A stretch of DNA of 62,738 nt, the filler included. It is 9 parts of 9 records of this genome, joined end to end, with 100 filler letters (N's around TTAATTAATTAA, not from the genome) between each part and the next. Parts side by side here need not be neighbours in the genome. Positions count along the whole stretch, not along the records: positions 59,091 to 62,738 come from SRR15195285_184; 8 more parts are not named here. One strand, 5' to 3'. Under the pieces are notes generated by a model that saw only the letters and a program-made list of their open reading frames with translations, had not been told where the DNA came from and made no database searches. Both the position numbers and the translations under genes were made by a program. This document shows, piece by piece, positions 62,651 through 62,738 of the stretch; the stretch's first letter is position 1; the number at the start of each line of letters is the position of its first letter.

Positions 62651-62738
62651 CCTGACCCGCGCTCCGTGTAAGATATGTGAGCTGCCCGGTGTCTGCCCCT
62701 GTGCCCCGACCACCACCACCACCAGCAGCAGCAGCAGC

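Overview
Eukaryotic (protist-like, GC-rich, standard code, short GT-AG introns) draft sequence made of nine unrelated contigs joined by artificial 100-nt N spacers containing TTAATTAATTAA, so gene order across spacers carries no information. Spliced gene models were reconstructed by hand. Contig 1: a ~2984-aa IP3-receptor-family Ca2+ channel that is strongly divergent (RRM-like insert in the membrane region, degenerate IP3 site, altered filter, lost Zn finger). Contig 2: two divergent secreted glycosidase-like genes. Contig 3: a USP36/42-like deubiquitinase flanked at both contig ends by the same palindrome. Contig 4: LAS1, a BBS12-like chaperonin and an apparent Cof-HAD phosphatase::PhyH dioxygenase fusion. 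Contig 5: GST-zeta and stomatin/SPFH. Contig 6: an ankyrin-pseudokinase-discoidin protein. Contig 7: an SH3/repeat/EF-hand protein. Contig 8: a >4700-aa REJ/polycystin-1-like receptor and a PPPDE peptidase. Contig 9: BBS2 and PhLP3/TXNDC9. BBS genes imply a flagellated organism; taxon cannot be fixed from this window. No rRNA, tRNA, CRISPR array or transposase was recognised. All family calls are by-eye motif recognition, not database results.
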